A stretch of 64,000 bases of DNA from the human T2T-CHM13v2.0 reference genome, Homo sapiens, in NCBI RefSeq assembly GCF_009914755.1, contig NC_060930.1; one strand, 5' to 3'. The notes under the pieces are model-generated. The model was not told the origin of the DNA. It made no database searches and worked only from the letters and a program-made list of their open reading frames with translations. Below are positions 26,849-43,500 of this stretch, one piece after another. The position numbers and the translations under genes are program-made. Positions within the stretch are counted from its first letter, which is position 1. Each line of letters opens with the position of its first letter.

Positions 26849-27065
26849 GTGAGTGAGTGTTTTCATTTATTGTAGCTACCATAAAAATTTTCTGAAGATT
26901 TGGACAATTCAGCACATTATATAAGCAAGAGACTTAGAGCAAACGTGAATTATCTGATCAAGGCTACACAAGGATTCAGGGATACAAGTTTTAAACAGAG
27001 GTGTGGAATCTCCAGCCCTCAAACTCACTACTGCACTAACTTTATCTATCTTGTCTATGGGACAA

Positions 27066-27688
27066 TGTGACCAGAACTGGTTCCTTCCAGTGAGTTCTTG
27101 GTCTCGCTGGCTTCAAGAATAAAGCCGCAGACCCTCACAGTGAGCGTTACAGCTCTTAAAGATGGTGCGTCTGGAGTTTGTTCCTTCAGATGTTCAGATG
27201 TGTCCGGAGTTTCTTCCTTCTTGTGGGTTCGTGGTCTTGCTGACTTCAAGAGTGAAGCTGCAGACCTTCGCAGTGAGTGTTACAGCTCATAAAAGTAGCG
27301 TGGACCCAAAGAGTGAGCAGCAGCAAGATTTACTGCAAGCGAAAGAACAAAGCTTCCACAGCAAGGAAAGAGACGCAACCGGGTTGCTGCTGCTGGCTAA
27401 GGTGGCCAGCTTTTATTTCCTTATTTGGTCCCACCCACGTCCTGCTGATTGGTCCATTTTACAAAGTGCTGATTGGTCCATTTTACAGAGTGCTGATTGG
27501 TGCACTTACAAACCTTTAGCTAGACACAGAGTGCTAATTGGTGCGTTTTTACAGAGTGCTGATTGGTGCATTTACAAACCTTTAGCTAGACACAGAGTTT
27601 TGACTGGTGGGTTTACAATCCTTTAGCTAGACAGAAAAGTTCTCCAAGTCCCCACCAGACCCAGAAGCCCAGCCAGCTTCACCTTTCA
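27066..27688 (-). mobile_element. LTR12 (ERV9) solo LTR, short form, in the NEPNP intron
   Basis: GCTGATTGG repeats, U5 repeats GTGAGYGTTACAGCTC, TSD ACAA at 27062-27065 and 27689-27692. Confidence 0.93.
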
Positions 27689-28097
27689 ACAAGACACCAA
27701 CAGGTGATATCTCTATTAGCAAACATAATATGAAGACACTGTAAAGATTGTGTCTCAGTTTCATACTGTGTATTGCCTGGATAATCAACAGTCAGTAGGC
27801 CTGAGCTTAGCTATTAGCAAAACAAGGACACCAGGAAAAAATAAGGGGGAAAATATAGTAAGATATTTATAATTTAAAATGCATTGAAGTAGTAGTTATT
27901 GGGGGAAAATTAAAACTTTACAATGTAATATTGTATTTATTTTGAATTACTTGTTGGGGAGCCTCATATTCTTTTCAGTGCTGTGACCTTTAAAGAGCTT
28001 AAGCTGGCTTTGGTTATTTCTCTGTGTGTCTGTCTGTATGAGTGGGTGAGTCCACCAGGTTGGTCTTACCTTCTGGTTTTGGTTATCTCTTCAGTTT

Positions 28098-28113
28098 TCT
28101 CTCTCTCTCTCTG

Positions 28114-28168
<55 letters not shown>
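28098..28168. repeat. (TC)n(CA)n compound microsatellite
   Basis: Direct reading. Confidence 0.97.
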
Positions 28169-28573
28169 AGCACGCCCTCACACTCAGACAATTTCTGTTC
28201 CTGAATATCCCTCTGTTTATACCCAACCTGCTGCACCTGTTCCCCCTAACTACTCATAATTTATAATTAATGCAACATGTGTTTGTATTAGTTGATCCTA
28301 TTTCTTTAAACTTTATTTTATGTTCCACATTTTAAAGTAGATAAATTTTTAAAATGTAGGATGAATCACTATTATTCTCTTTAAAATGATACTATGTTTG
28401 TCTACCAGTGGATTCTTTTTTTCCTTTCAGCACTTTATTGAAAAAATAAAAGGCTTCTTGCCCTGGCTATTAGCATTATCAAATTTCTCATAATTAATAT
28501 ACTAACTTGTGGTTTCTGTAGAATCCTGTGGTATTCTATTTACCTAATTTTATTGTGTTTTATAATATATATA

Positions 28574-28863
28574 TTTTTAAGACAGGGTCTCACTCTGTCA
28601 CCCAGGCTGGAGTGCAGTGGGGTGATGATGGTTCACTGCAGCCTCAACCTCCTGAGTTAACGCAGCCCTCTCCCCTCAGCCTCCTGAGTAGTTGAGACTA
28701 CAGGCATACACCATGTCTGGCTAATTAAAATAATTTTTTTTTAGAGATGAGTTCTTGCTACTGCCCAGGCTGGTCTCAAACTCCTGGGAGCAAGTGATCC
28801 TCCCACCTCAGCCTCTCAAAGTGCTGGGATTATAGGCATGAGCCCCTAATTATAGTCCCAGCC
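28574..28863 (-). mobile_element. AluJ
   Basis: GACAGGGTCTCACTCTG...CTGCAGCCTCAACCTCCTG diagnostic; TATAATA flanks. Confidence 0.88.
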
Positions 28864-29089
28864 TATAATAAGTTTTTATCAATAAAAAAGGGAAAATTAT
28901 CTTTGATATGTAGAGATGTTCTTTTTTCTAGTTGAAAAGGGGATTTTTAAATTATATAGTATGGTAACTGTACTCAGTGTAAAACATCAAAAAGTGATGT
29001 TTCCAAGAGAAATCAGTATTTCAAAATATATATTGAAGGTGATTTCAAAGTAAGTGATTTCTTTTACTGCATAAGCATAAATATACAAT

Positions 29090-29902
<813 letters not shown>

Positions 29903-30243
29903 ACAAGCCTTATTTTTTAATTACTGACTGCCCCAACTCCAAGGGAAAAAAAATAGTGTATAAAATAAAAACTCATACAACAGGTTAGACAGTAACTATA
30001 TAATGTAATAGATGTGACAGCAGGCTATGACAGCCATGGGCAATATTGTGAACTTGGTGGGTTTTTCTACTCAAGTGACTTTTAGAAAGAATTTTGTTGA
30101 GTAATCCTGCTAAGTTTTAAGAGTGGAAAAAGTAGCTTAATTATTTACTCTTGTCAGAGTATTTGTGTTTTAACAAGTGACTACAGAAAGCACATTGTTT
30201 TACCCAACGGAATGTATAGTGGAATTGCAAGCATGAGCTAGCC

Positions 30244-30420
30244 ATAGGTCTCAAATCTGGCTTCACATTAGAATTATATGGAGAAATATTTTTAAAAAGC
30301 ATACTTATACCTAGGCCTCACTTCAAACCAATTAAATCAGATGCCCCTGGACTCAGGCATCACTACTTTTGAAAACCTCCCCAGATGAATTTAATGTGCA
30401 GCTAGGATCAAGAGCTACTT
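30244..30420. mobile_element. MER5A DNA transposon
   Basis: TCTCAAA...CACATTAGAATT...TAAATCAGA...CTCCCCAGATGA...TAATGTGCAGC. Confidence 0.65.
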
Positions 30421-30663
30421 TGCAAGGACAATGGGGCCAGTAACATGAGGTAGGAGTGGGCTTTTCCTGTGATGCTTAAATTAAGCAACACAACTGTCTG
30501 CTCTGTCAAAGTACTTGGACAGCTGTGATAGCAAAGTTCTTTGCTTTGAAATACCCCTATCAACACTGCCTCCACTCCTCAGCTCTTTTTTGTTTTGATT
30601 GAGAAGTGGGAAAGACCCAGTAAGTTTTCCCTGTGGTTTTCCTCTCACTAAAAGTTAAAACAT

Positions 30664-31007
<344 letters not shown>

Positions 31008-33339
31008 TTAATTTAAAAATTTTTACTTATGGCCTTTAAACATTACAACTTTTAAAAATTTGCATACTTCTTCTTCATACACAGTATCTATAATATACAA
31101 TTCAGTTTTCTACAAGTAAACTATTAACACAGGCAACCTGCTTCTATCACCAACGATATTTCGGCATATCTTTTCTTTTGCCTACCATCCTCCATTCTAC
31201 ATTTCATCAAGAAAATAGTAGTATATGGTTTTAGGTACACATATATTCAAAGACCTACTACATTTGCCTCATTACACTAATTGAGATAGAAAATAATACC
31301 TAACATTTATTAATTGCTTACTAAAATCAGCAGTGAACTTAGAAACATACAATAATTCTGTGAAGGTAGGTACACTGGTTTACCTAATAATTTACAGACT
31401 AGGGTGTTATGGCTTAGAGGTATTCAGAAACTTCATAGTCATATTCATAGTTTAAATTCATAGTCAGAATTTAAACACAGTAGTTTTAACTCCAGAGCCA
31501 GGGAAGTTTAGCCACTGCATAGTCCTGCCTCTAGGATTTACTCTACTGTCAATAAAATAACTATACTACTTCAAATGCCCAGGAACTGGACTTCAATTGT
31601 TGCTGCTTCATATTTCATCAATTGCAGCTTAGTGAATAAATATAAATTAATTATCTCTTTTTATCCACTCTTCAGATAATTGAAATCTAGAATGGCTTCT
31701 TACAACCTAATGCACATAGCATTTTATCTTACACCCAACTGCTATCTACTGCAAAATGGGCTGTGACCCTTTTTACTCTAAAAAGCAATAGCTACCTAAA
31801 GAACATGATAGCATTTCTAGAAAACTGTTTATTTTAAAATCAGAGCTACTTTAAAATATAAGTCAGACTTATAAAGACAAATTATATCAAAGCAATAAGT
31901 GGCTGTCAGAAAGTCACAAAACCAGGATAAATAGTGATTTCTCTTACAATGTCATTTTGGTGATGACTTCCATACAAACAAGACAGGAAAAAAAAAAGGC
32001 AAGCTAAGAACAGGCACAATTTTTGGATACATATCCAAGAACTGGATAATTGTATTTGTTTCCTAGAAAACTTGACTTGCTCATTTTCATTCTCTTAACA
32101 TTGGTTATGGGACTTCTGTGTACTGAATGGTTCATCTGTAGGGTGGAAAATTAGGATCTTTAAGAAGCAAAATGACTTACCTAAAACCACACAGTGGTAA
32201 ACAGAATGGCTTAAGTTAGAACACAAGTCTTAATACATTGGGACTTTTTGACACCTGTTTACTCTAGTGGATCTTTCCCAGTTAGGCTTCATTGTCTTCT
32301 GCAATGGGAACAAAGTCTTGCTTACTACTACACAATCCAACAATAATCTATTTTTCCTTGGCAGGGGGGAACCTATACATAAGAGATTTTCTGTATACCA
32401 CTTAGAAATTCACCTTAGATAAGCTGATGTGTGCACAAAATTATATTTTCTTGGACATTAACTTTGAATTGAATTTAATTATCAAACTGTTAGAAGGCAT
32501 AAAGTGATTTTCCCTGGTAAATTAACCTACTTTATTAGGTAAAATTTATTCTATCTAGGAAGAAGACACTTTAAATGATTGAGTATTTTTACTCAAAAAG
32601 CGTAAATACTTATGTGTACATACTACTGTATAGGATATGATTACAAATATAAAATGACAAATTTAGTTTAAAAAAGAAAACCTCGAAGGCAAAATGTAGG
32701 CTAAGTGCTAAAAACCCAAAATACTGACCTTTTGGGATAAAATACATGTAATAACAATACTATAACAAGCAAAAGATAATATTGGCATAGAATATGGCTA
32801 AACCTATTTGTTTTCTCTTTTTGATATAACACTTCTATAACTGGGACTGCCACAATAAACTACACTGAATACTAAAATTCATGAATATATATCCAGTATG
32901 TTCACTTTGTATGAAAATAGCATTCAGGTGGTATTTCAATTTGAAGGGCTTTTTTTCCCTATTAAACTTTCAGATGTTTTGTATTTCATAAAAAGGAAAG
33001 CACTTACTACAAAGTTTCTGTGTAGGAAAAAGATTTTCACGTTCACCATTGTGATTGTTTCCTATTTTTAAATCAACAGGCATGAGCATGACATTTTTCA
33101 AATTGACATTCACAGTTTTAAAAAACCTGTATTTTCTTCCTGATTATAAAGCAATAGCTGTTCAAGTTTGAAAACTTAATATGCTGAAAAATTAAAAAAT
33201 CATCCAGAATTGTTCAACCAGAGCCTTTGTCTAGACAAAAGCACATAATTTGTTTTTACATATTTGGGATCATTCAATTTTGTATTCTACTTTTTCCACT
33301 TAACATAATGTTTTTTTTCTCTCTCTCTTCTCCTTTTCT

Positions 33340-35830
33340 GTTTTTTTTCCCAAGTATCACTATGGACCCATGGATTTTAATTTATTTGGTATGTTTTGAT
33401 CACTTACAGTTGCTAGTCTCTTTTGGTGCCCAAATTGTCACAAATATGGCTAGTGGGAGCCCCTCCAAGGTAGTTCCTCTGTTCATGAGACATGACTCCA
33501 TTAATCTTTTTTTTTTTTTTTTTTAGTTGTGGTAAAATACACATAAGGTAAAATTTATCATCTTTAAGTGTACATTTCAGTGATGTTAAGTGTGGTCACA
33601 TTCTTGTGCAACCAACCTACAGAAGTTTTCATCTTACAAAACTACAACTCTATACCTATTACAAAACTCTCCGTATTCCCCTCCTTCTAGCCCCTGACAA
33701 CCACCATTCTACTTTCTAACTTTAGGTTTCTATGAATGTGACTATTCTAGATATTTCACATAAGTGGACTCATATAGTATTTGTCTTTGTGATTGGCTTC
33801 TTTCATGTAGCATAATATAATATCCTCAAGGTTTATGTATGCTGTAGCATGTGTCAAAATTTCCTTCCTTTTTAAGGGTGAATAATACTCCATTGTATGT
33901 ATAGACCACATTTGGTTTATTTATTTGTCTATAAATGGACACTTGGGTTGCTTATACCTTTGGCTATTGTGAAGAATGCTGCTATGAACATGGAGGTACA
34001 AATATCTCTTCAAGACTTTAAGTTCTTTTGGATATATAGCCAGAAGTGGAATTGCTAAACTATATGCTAATTCTATTTTTAGTTTTTTAAAAATAAAAAA
34101 TTATTATTTTCACAGCAGCTGCACCATTTTACATTCCCACCAACAGTGCAAAAGGCTTCTAATTTCCCCACATCCTTGCCAATACTTTTTATTTCCATTA
34201 TTTTGACAGTAGTCATCCCAATGGGTGTTCCATTAATCCTTAAAAATTTTATCACATTCTGGCTGAGAAACTCTGCGGGTTTTTTTTCCCTAGACACAGA
34301 ATCAGTCATTTCTCCAAGAAGCTCTGGTTCTTTCCAGTAAAGATTGGAATTCAGCAGCTAAGATCTGTGTGCTTGGTGTGCTCATGTCATTGGGGTAGCA
34401 TTGCTACTAGAATATAATATTGTTTCTAGGTCCTTTCAGCAAACAAGAGCTAGAAAATATATTTTTTAAAATTATGAATTCACATTGACATTTTCAATTC
34501 ATATTTAACATCAGAGAGGGTTTTCTTTATTTTATTTTATATTTTTATCTTTTTCTCTTACAATGAAAGTATAGTTTCCTAATGACATGAATATATTTAC
34601 TTATTTGTTTTGCCAGATAATATTCATAAAAAATTTCAAAATTTCATTATTAAAATTAGTATTAACAATAAACATACTAAGAGAAATTTCGAGATCTTTT
34701 TGTCCTTGGAATCTAAGGCTTAAATATATCCACTAAGGTTGTTCAGTCAGAGTACTTTTTCTTTTCTCTGTACGACTATGTTACAAATATAAACATTGGA
34801 TTAATTAATTAGATATGCTTGTTCCTGTTTGTTTTCAGTTTTAGGACTTGATTTTGTTTTTGTGAACATGTAAAACATTAACATGGTTGAAAAGTTAAAA
34901 TCACATGGAACCAACCACTCCCTATATGTAACCATTTTTATTGATTTCTGGTTTATCATTCTCCTTCAGTTGCCCCAAATAAGTAAACGTGTATATGTAA
35001 TTCTTATTTCTCCTTTTCTTACACAAAAACTAGTGTACTATATATACTGCTCTGTTTCTTGCTTTTTTTCTCTTTAACAATACTTTCTGGAAATCACTTC
35101 ATGGTAATTCATAGAGACCAGCCTCTTTTTTTATTATTTTATTTTTTTTAAGGCTGCATAGTAGTTCTTTACTAATGTACTGGGTTGCTTCCAATCTTTT
35201 GCTGTTATAAATAATATCATAATAAATGCCACACATACTGTTTATATTTGTAAAGTCATATCTTCAGGGTGTATTCCTAGAAGTGAGATTGCTGGTCTAA
35301 AGGATAAATATGTATTTTTTTTGTTAGGTTTTGCTAAATTTTTCTCCATACGGGCTGTGCCATTTTAGACTCCCATGAGCAATATATGAGAATATCTGTT
35401 TCTTCACAGCTTTGTTCGCAGACCAGATTGCTAAAGCTTAGAATTTTTACCAATCTGTTAAGTGTTAAGTGGCATCTCTGTGTAGCTTTAATTTAATTTC
35501 TCTGTTCTGCATAAAGTTGAAGAGTTGGGGGCCCTTTGCTTTGCTTTTTATGTGAACTTCCATTTGTTTTTTGCCCATTTTTCTGTTTTATTTTATAATC
35601 TTTTCTTCTCAATTTTAAGGGCTTTTTGTATATTAAGGAGATTCTTTGTTTGATATAAAGTGCAGACATCATGCTTATCCCCAGTTTATCATTTGTCTTT
35701 TGACTTTGCCTGTCTTTTGCTATACACAATTTCTTTTAAAATTCTTTTTAATGTTGATGCTTTATCAATTTTTTATAGCTTCTAGATTTTTTTAGTCATA
35801 GTTACAAAAGCTTTTTCGTATAACTGTTAT
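33340..35830 (-). mobile_element. Nested old L1M fragments (L1MB-like 3' end at about 33505-34230 within older L1ME-like sequence)
   Basis: ATGGACACTTGGGTTG...TGCTGCTATGAACATGG...TTTTACATTCCCACCAACAGTG and ATTCCTAGAAGTGAGATTGCTGG. Confidence 0.7.
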
Positions 35831-35841
35831 TTAAAAAATTA

Positions 35842-36148
<307 letters not shown>

Positions 36149-36876
36149 ATCAAAACCCATGATTTTTGTAACCACATAATAGTCCATCATCTCAGAATTT
36201 AAAATCATTGAGCATTAGTCTTTTTTTTGCTGTTATAAATATCAAATATGTGACAAACATCTTTGTCAATATTTACTTTTTCTATTATTTCCTAGGTCAA
36301 AAGGCATGATATTAATTAAATTTGATACATATTACTAAATTGTTTCCTAAACGGTACCAATTTACACTTCTACCAACAGTATTTACTATACCTACAGCAG
36401 CAGTGTTTTAAAATTAAAGCCATGTTTTAATTTGCTATATTAAAATATTGCGTTTTTTCATTTGCCTTTTATATTCATGAAGAGCAACACTTTTTCATAC
36501 TTTTATTTGACATTTTTACTGCTTCTGTAAATTATTGATTAATGGCCTTTGCCACCTTAGAAATGGGGAACTTAGTGTTTTTCTTATCAATTTGTTTGAG
36601 TGATCTCATTTCACAAGAAAAAAAACTAAAGATTTTATGAATAGGAGCCAGAAAAATCAGAGGGTTAGAACATAAGATCTATGAGAAAAAGTTAAAGATC
36701 CATAGACTAACACTGAGATTTGTGCTTATAATTAATTTTCTCAAATAAATCTTGTTTCCTAGCTTGAGAAGAGACAGAGCTGTACGAAAAGGCAATGCTG
36801 CTCAGTTACTGTTGCCCTGACAGTTGTGGAATGATGGGCATGGCCTCCTCTCACATCCTGTTTCCATGCTTTGCAG

Positions 36877-37325
36877 GCTCCCAGGGACCTTAACCAGGCT
36901 GGACCTAAAAAGCAATGTCATCCAGAATATTGCTGAACGGGAGATCAAGGACCTCAAGCAGCTTCATGTTCTAAACCTGAGGAACAATAAGATCTCTGCC
37001 TTAGACCTAAAAGCCTTAGAGGGTCTGCCTCACCTCAGGCACCTGTACCTGGATGGAAATCCCTGGAATTGCACCTTCAGTCTCTTAAAAGCGAGAGAAG
37101 TCCTGATGGCCAAGGGCACAGATGTAAGGGGAGGACAATGTGCAGCACCAACTGAACAGCATGGGGAGAGCTGGATGTCTTCCAAGGAGATCATGAGGCA
37201 ATGTAAGCATCACTTTCATCTGACCGAGAAAAGTAAAGAGACCAAAAAGAAATCAAAACCTGAAGACCCCTCCAGCATCAGAATCAACATGGATGATGGA
37301 TGATTATAACTATGAAACAGATTAA
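36877..37325 (+). pseudogene. NEPNP: NEPNP last coding exon (final LRRs, LRRCT, acidic tail)
   Basis: Acceptor TTTGCAG|G completes the split AG|G Arg codon; LYLDGNPWNCT LRRCT; frameshift at about 37298 gives TGA at 37301, ancestral-frame TAA at 37323-37325. Confidence 0.92.
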
Positions 37326-37547
37326 GTATGAACTTTGCTCACAGTTTAGAAAGTGTTTCTTAATGTTCAATCTCTTAAGTAGAAATGTGCTATACACTTA
37401 GATATGCAAGACTCTCTTTTGTAGTGGTTCTCATTTTTGTTTGAAGAATGTCTTAAGAATGAGGGTTAAGATGAGATGGGGGAAGAAAACAGAAAAGAAC
37501 AATGGTAAGAAGATGTAAGATTCCTTCCATTTTAAACGTAATTTGTG

Positions 37548-40500
37548 TGGCTAGCAAGATGGCTGAATAGGAAGAGCTCCAGTCTGCAGCTCCCAGAGAG
37601 ATCAATATAGAAGGTGGGTGATTTCTGCATTTCCAACCAAGGTACCTGGCTTATCTCATTGGGACTGGTTAGACACTGGATGTAGCCCACAGAGGACAAG
37701 CCAAAGGAGGGTGGGGCATCACCTCACCAAGGAAGTACAAAGGGTTAGGGAAATCCCTCCCCAAGCCAAGGGAAGCCATGAGGGACTGTGCCATGAAAGA
37801 CAGTGCATTCTGGCCCAGATGTTATGCTCTTCCCACAGTCTTCGCAACCTGCAGACCGGGAGATTCCCTCAGGAATCCCTACACCACCAGGGCCCTGGGG
37901 TTCAAGCACAAAACTGGGCAGCTGTTTGGACAGACACTGAGCTAGCTGCAGGAGTTTCTTTTTTTTTTTTTCATACACCAGTGGCTCCTGGAACTCCAGT
38001 GAGACAGAACCATTTGCTTCCCTGGAAAGGGGGCTGAAGCCAGGGAGCCAAGTGGTCTAGCTCAGCTGATCCCACCCCTACAAAACCCAGCAAGCTAAGA
38101 TTCACTGGCTTGAAATTATCACTTGCTGGCACAGCAGTCTGAAATCGACCTGGGACACTGGACCTTGGTTGGGGGAGGGGCGTCCCCCATTACTGAGGCT
38201 TGAGAAGGTGGTTTTCACCTCACGGTGTAAACAAAGCTGCCAGGGAAATTCAAAGTGGCAAAGTTGCTGTAGCCAGACTGCCTCTCTAGATTCCTCCTCT
38301 CTGGGGAGGGGATCTCTGAAAGAAAGGCAGCAGCCCCAGTCAGGGACTTATAGATAAAACTCACATCTCCCTGGGACAAAGCATGTGGGGGAAGAGGCAG
38401 CTATGGGTGCAGCTTCAGCAGACTAAAACGTTCCTGCCTGCCATCTCTGAAGAGAGCAGCAGATCTCCCAGCACAGTGCTCAAGTTCTGCTATGGGACAG
38501 ACTGTCTCCCCAAGTGGGTCCCTGACCCCATGCTTCCTGACTGGGAGACACCTCCCAGCAGGGAGAGCTCTGGCCGGCATCTGGCGGGTGCCCCTCTGGG
38601 ATGAAGCTACCAGAGGAAGGAACAGCCAGCAATCTTTGCTGTTCTGCAGTCCCTGCTGGTGATACCCAGGCAAACAGCGTCTGGAGTGGACCTCTAGCAA
38701 ACTCCAGAAGACCTGCAGCAGAGAAGCCTGACCATTAGAAGGAAAACTAACAAACAAAAAGGAATAGCATCAACATCAACAAAAAGGAGGTACACAAAAA
38801 CCCTATCAGAATGTCAACAACATCAAAGAACAAAGGTAGATAAATCCATGAAGATGAAGAAAAACCAGTGCAAAAAGCCTGCAAACTCCAAAAACCAGAA
38901 TGCCTCTTCTCCTCCAAAGGATCCCAACTCCTTGCCAACAAGGAAACAAAACTGGATGGAGAATGAGTTGGATGGATTGACAGAAGTAAGCCTCAGAAGG
39001 TGGGTAATAACAAACTCCTCCAAGCTAAAGGAGCATGTTCTAACCGAATGCAAGGAAGCTAAGAACCTTGAAAAAAGGTTAGAGGAATTGCTAATTAGAA
39101 TAACCAGCTTAGAGAAGAACATAAATGACCTGATGGAGCTGAAAACACAGCACAAGAACTTCATGAAGCATACACAGTATCAATAGCTGAATCGATCAAG
39201 TGGAAGAAAGAATATCAGAGATTGAAGATCAACTTAATGAAATGAAGCATGAAGACAACATTAGAGAAAAAAGAATGAAAAGGAATGAACAAAATCTTCA
39301 AGAAATATGGGACTATGTGAAAAGACCAAACCTACAATTGATTGATATACATGAAAGTGATGGGGAGAATGGAACCAAGTTGGAAAACACACTTCAGCAT
39401 ATTATCTAGGAGAACTACCCAAACCTAGCAAGACAGGTCAACATTCAAATTCAGGAAACATAAAGAACACCACTAAGATACTCCTTGAGAAGAGCAACCC
39501 CAAGACACAGAATCATCAGATTCACCAAGGTTGAAATGAAGGAAAAAATGTTAAGGGCAGCCAGAGATAAAAATAGGGTTACCTACAAAGGGAAGCCCAT
39601 CAGACTAAGAGTGGATCTCTCTGCAGAAACCCTACAAGTCAGAAAAGGGTGAAGACCAATATTCAACATCGTTAAAGAATTTTCAACCCAGAATTTCATA
39701 TCCAGCCAAACTAAGCTTCATAAGTGAAGGAGAAATAAAATCCTTTACAGACAAGCAAATCCTGAGGGATTTTGTCACCACTAGGCCTACCTTACAAGAG
39801 CTCCTGAAGGAAGCACTAAATATTGAAAGGAACAACCAGTACCAGCCACTGCAAAAACATACCAAATTGTAAAGACCATCAACACTATGAAGAAACTGGA
39901 TCAAAAATGGGGAAAATAACCAGCTAGCATCATAATGTCATGATCAAATTCACACATAATAATATTATCCTCAAATGGAGATGGGCTAAATGCCCCAATT
40001 AAAAGGCACAGACTGGCAAACTGGATAAAGAGTCAAGACCTATCAGTGTGCTGTATTCCGGAGACCCATCTCACATGCAAAGACACACATAGGCTCAAAA
40101 TAAAGGGATGGAGGAATATTCACCAAGCAAATGGAAACAACAACAACAACAAAAAGCAGAGGTTGCAATGCCAGTCTCTGAGAAAAGAGACTTTTAACCA
40201 ACAAAGATCAAAAAAGACAAGGGCATTACATAATGGTAAATGGATCAATGCACCCAATACAGGAGCACACAGATTCATAAAGCAAGTTCTTAGAGACCTA
40301 CAAAGAGACTTAGACTCCTATACAATAATAGTGGGAGACTTTAACACACCACTGTCAATATTAGATAGCTCAACAACACAGAAAATTAACAAGGATATTC
40401 AGGACTTGAACTCAGCTCTGGACCAAGTGGACCTAATAGACATCTGCTGAACTCTCCACCCCAAATCAATGCGAAAATATACATTCTCCTCAGCACCACA

Positions 40501-43500
40501 TTGCACTTATTCTAAAATTGACCACATAATTGGAAGTAAAACATTCCTCAGCAAATGCAAATGAACAGAAATCATAACAAACAGTCCCTCAGACTACAGT
40601 GCAATCAAATTAGAACTCAGGAGTAAGAAACTCACTCAAAACTGCAGAACTACATGGAAACTGAAAAACTTGGTCCTGAATGACTACTGGTAAATAATGA
40701 AATTAAGGCAGAAATAAATAAGTTCTTTGAAACCAATCAGAACAAAGACACAACGTACCAGAATCTCTGGGACACAGATAAAGAAGTGTTTAAAGGAAAA
40801 TTTATAGCACTAATGCCCACAGGAGAAAGCAGGAAAGATCTAAAATTGACACCCTACAATTAAAAGAACTACAGAAGCAAGAGCAAACAAAATCAAAAGC
40901 TAGCAGAAGAGAAGACATAACTAAGATCAGAGCAGAACTGAAGGAGATAGAGACACAAAAAACTCTTCAAAAAATCAATGAATCCAGGGGCTGGTTTTTT
41001 GAAAAGATTAACAAACTAGACCGCTAGCCAGACTAATAAAGAAGAAAAGAGAGAAGAATCAAATAGATACGATAAAAAATGATAAAGGGGATATCACCAA
41101 TGATCCCAAAGAAATACAAACTACCATCAGAAAATACTATAAACACCTCTACACAAATACTCTAGAAAATCTAGAAGAAATTGATACATTTCTGGACACA
41201 TACACCCTCCCAAGTCTAAACTGGAAGAAGTCAAATCCTTGAATAGATCAATAACAAGTTTGGAAATTGAGGCAGTAGTTAATAGCTTACCAACCAAAAA
41301 AGCCCAGGAACAGACAGATTTACAGCCAAATTTTACCAGAGATACAAAGAGGAGCTGATACCATTCCTTCTGAAACTATTCCAAACAACAGAAAAAGCGG
41401 GACTCCTCCCTAACTCATTTTATGAGGCCAGCATCATCCTGATACCATAACCTGGCAGAAACACAACAAAAGAAAATTTCAGCCAATATCCCTGATGAAC
41501 ATCGATGCAAAAATTCTCAATAAAATACTGGCAAACCGAATGCAGCAGCACATCAAAAAGCTTATCCACCACAATCAAGTCAGCTTCATCCCTGGGACGC
41601 AAGACTGGTTCAACATATGCAAATCAATAAATGTAATCCATCACAAAAACAGAACCAATGACAAAAACCATGTTTATCTCAATAGATGCAGAAAAGGTCT
41701 TCGATAAAATTCAACATCCCTTCATGCTAAAAACTCTCAATAAAGTAGGTATTGATGGAATGTATCTCAAAATAATAAGAGCTATTTATGACAAACCACA
41801 GTGAATATCATACTGAATGGACAAAAATTGGAAGCATTCCCTTTGAAAACCTGCACAAGACAAGGATGTCCTTTCTCACCACTCCTATTCAACATAGTAT
41901 TGGAAGTTCTGGCCAGCACAATCAGGCAAGAGAAAGAAATGAAGGGTATTCAAATAGGAAGAGAGGAAGTCAAATTGTCTCTGTTTGCAGATGACATGAT
42001 TGTGTATTTAGAAAACCCCATCATCTCAGTCCAAAATCTCCTTAAACTGATAAAAGAAATTCAGCAAAGTCTGAGGATATAAAATCAATGTGCAAAAATC
42101 ACAAGCATCCCTACACACTAATAATAGACAAACAGAGAACCAAATCATGAGCGAACTCCCATTCACAATTGCTACAAAGAGAATAAAATACCTAGGAATA
42201 CATCTTACAAGGGATGTGATGGACCTCTTCAAGGAGGACCACAAACCACTGCTCAAGGAAATAAGACAGGACACAAACAAATGGAAAAACATTCCATGCT
42301 CATGGATAGGAAGAATCAATATCATAAAAATGGCCATACTGCCCAAAGTAATTTACAGATTCAATGCTATCCCCATCAGGCTACCATTCACTTTCTTCAC
42401 AGAATTAGAAAAAACTACTTTAAATTTCATGTGGAATGAAAAAAGAGCCCGTATAGCCAAGACAATCCTAAGTAAAAAGAACAAAGCTGGAGGCAGCATG
42501 CTACCTGACTTCAAACTATACTACAAGGTTCCAGTAACAAAAACAGCATGGTACTGGTACTCAAAACAGTTATACAGAATAATGGAAGAGAACAGAGGCC
42601 TCAGAAATACCACCACACATCTACAACCATCTGATCTTTGACAAACCTGACAAAAACAAGCAATGGGGAAAGAATTCCCTATTTAATAAATGGTGTTGGG
42701 AAAATTGGCCAGCCATATACAGAAAACTGAAACTGGACCCCTTCCTTACAACTTATACAAAAATTAACTGAAGATGGATTAAAGACTTAAACTTAAGACT
42801 TAAAACCATAAAAACCTTAGAAGAAAACCTAGGCACAACCCTTCAGAACACAGGTATAGGCAAAGACTTCATGTCTAAAACATCAAAAGCAATGGAAACA
42901 AAAGCCAAAATTGACAAATAGGGTATAATTAAACTAACGAACTTCTGCCCAGCAAAATAAACTTCATCAGAGAACAGGCAATCTACAGAATGGGAGAACA
43001 TTTTTGCAATCTATCCATTTCACAAAGGGCTAATATCCAGAATCTACAAAGAACTTAAACAAATTTATCAGAAAAAAAGGAAACAGCCCTGTCAAAAAGT
43101 GGGCAAAGGATATGAACAGACACTTCTCAAAAGAAGACATTTATGCGGCCAATAATCATATGAAAAAAAAGCTCATCATCACTGGTCATTAGAGAAATGC
43201 ACATCAAAACCGCCATGAGGTACTATCTCATGCCAGTTAGAATGGTGATCATTAAAAAGGAAACAACAGATGCTGGAGAGGATGTGGAGAAATAGGAACA
43301 CTTTTACACTGTTGCTGTGAGTGTAAATTAATTCAACCTTTGTGGAAGACAGTGTGGCAATTCCTGAAGGATCTAGAATCAGAAATACCATTTGACCTAG
43401 CAATCCCATTACTGGGTATATACCCAAAGGATTATAAATCATTCTACTATAAAGACACATGCACACAAATATTTATTGCAGCACTATTCACAATATCGGA

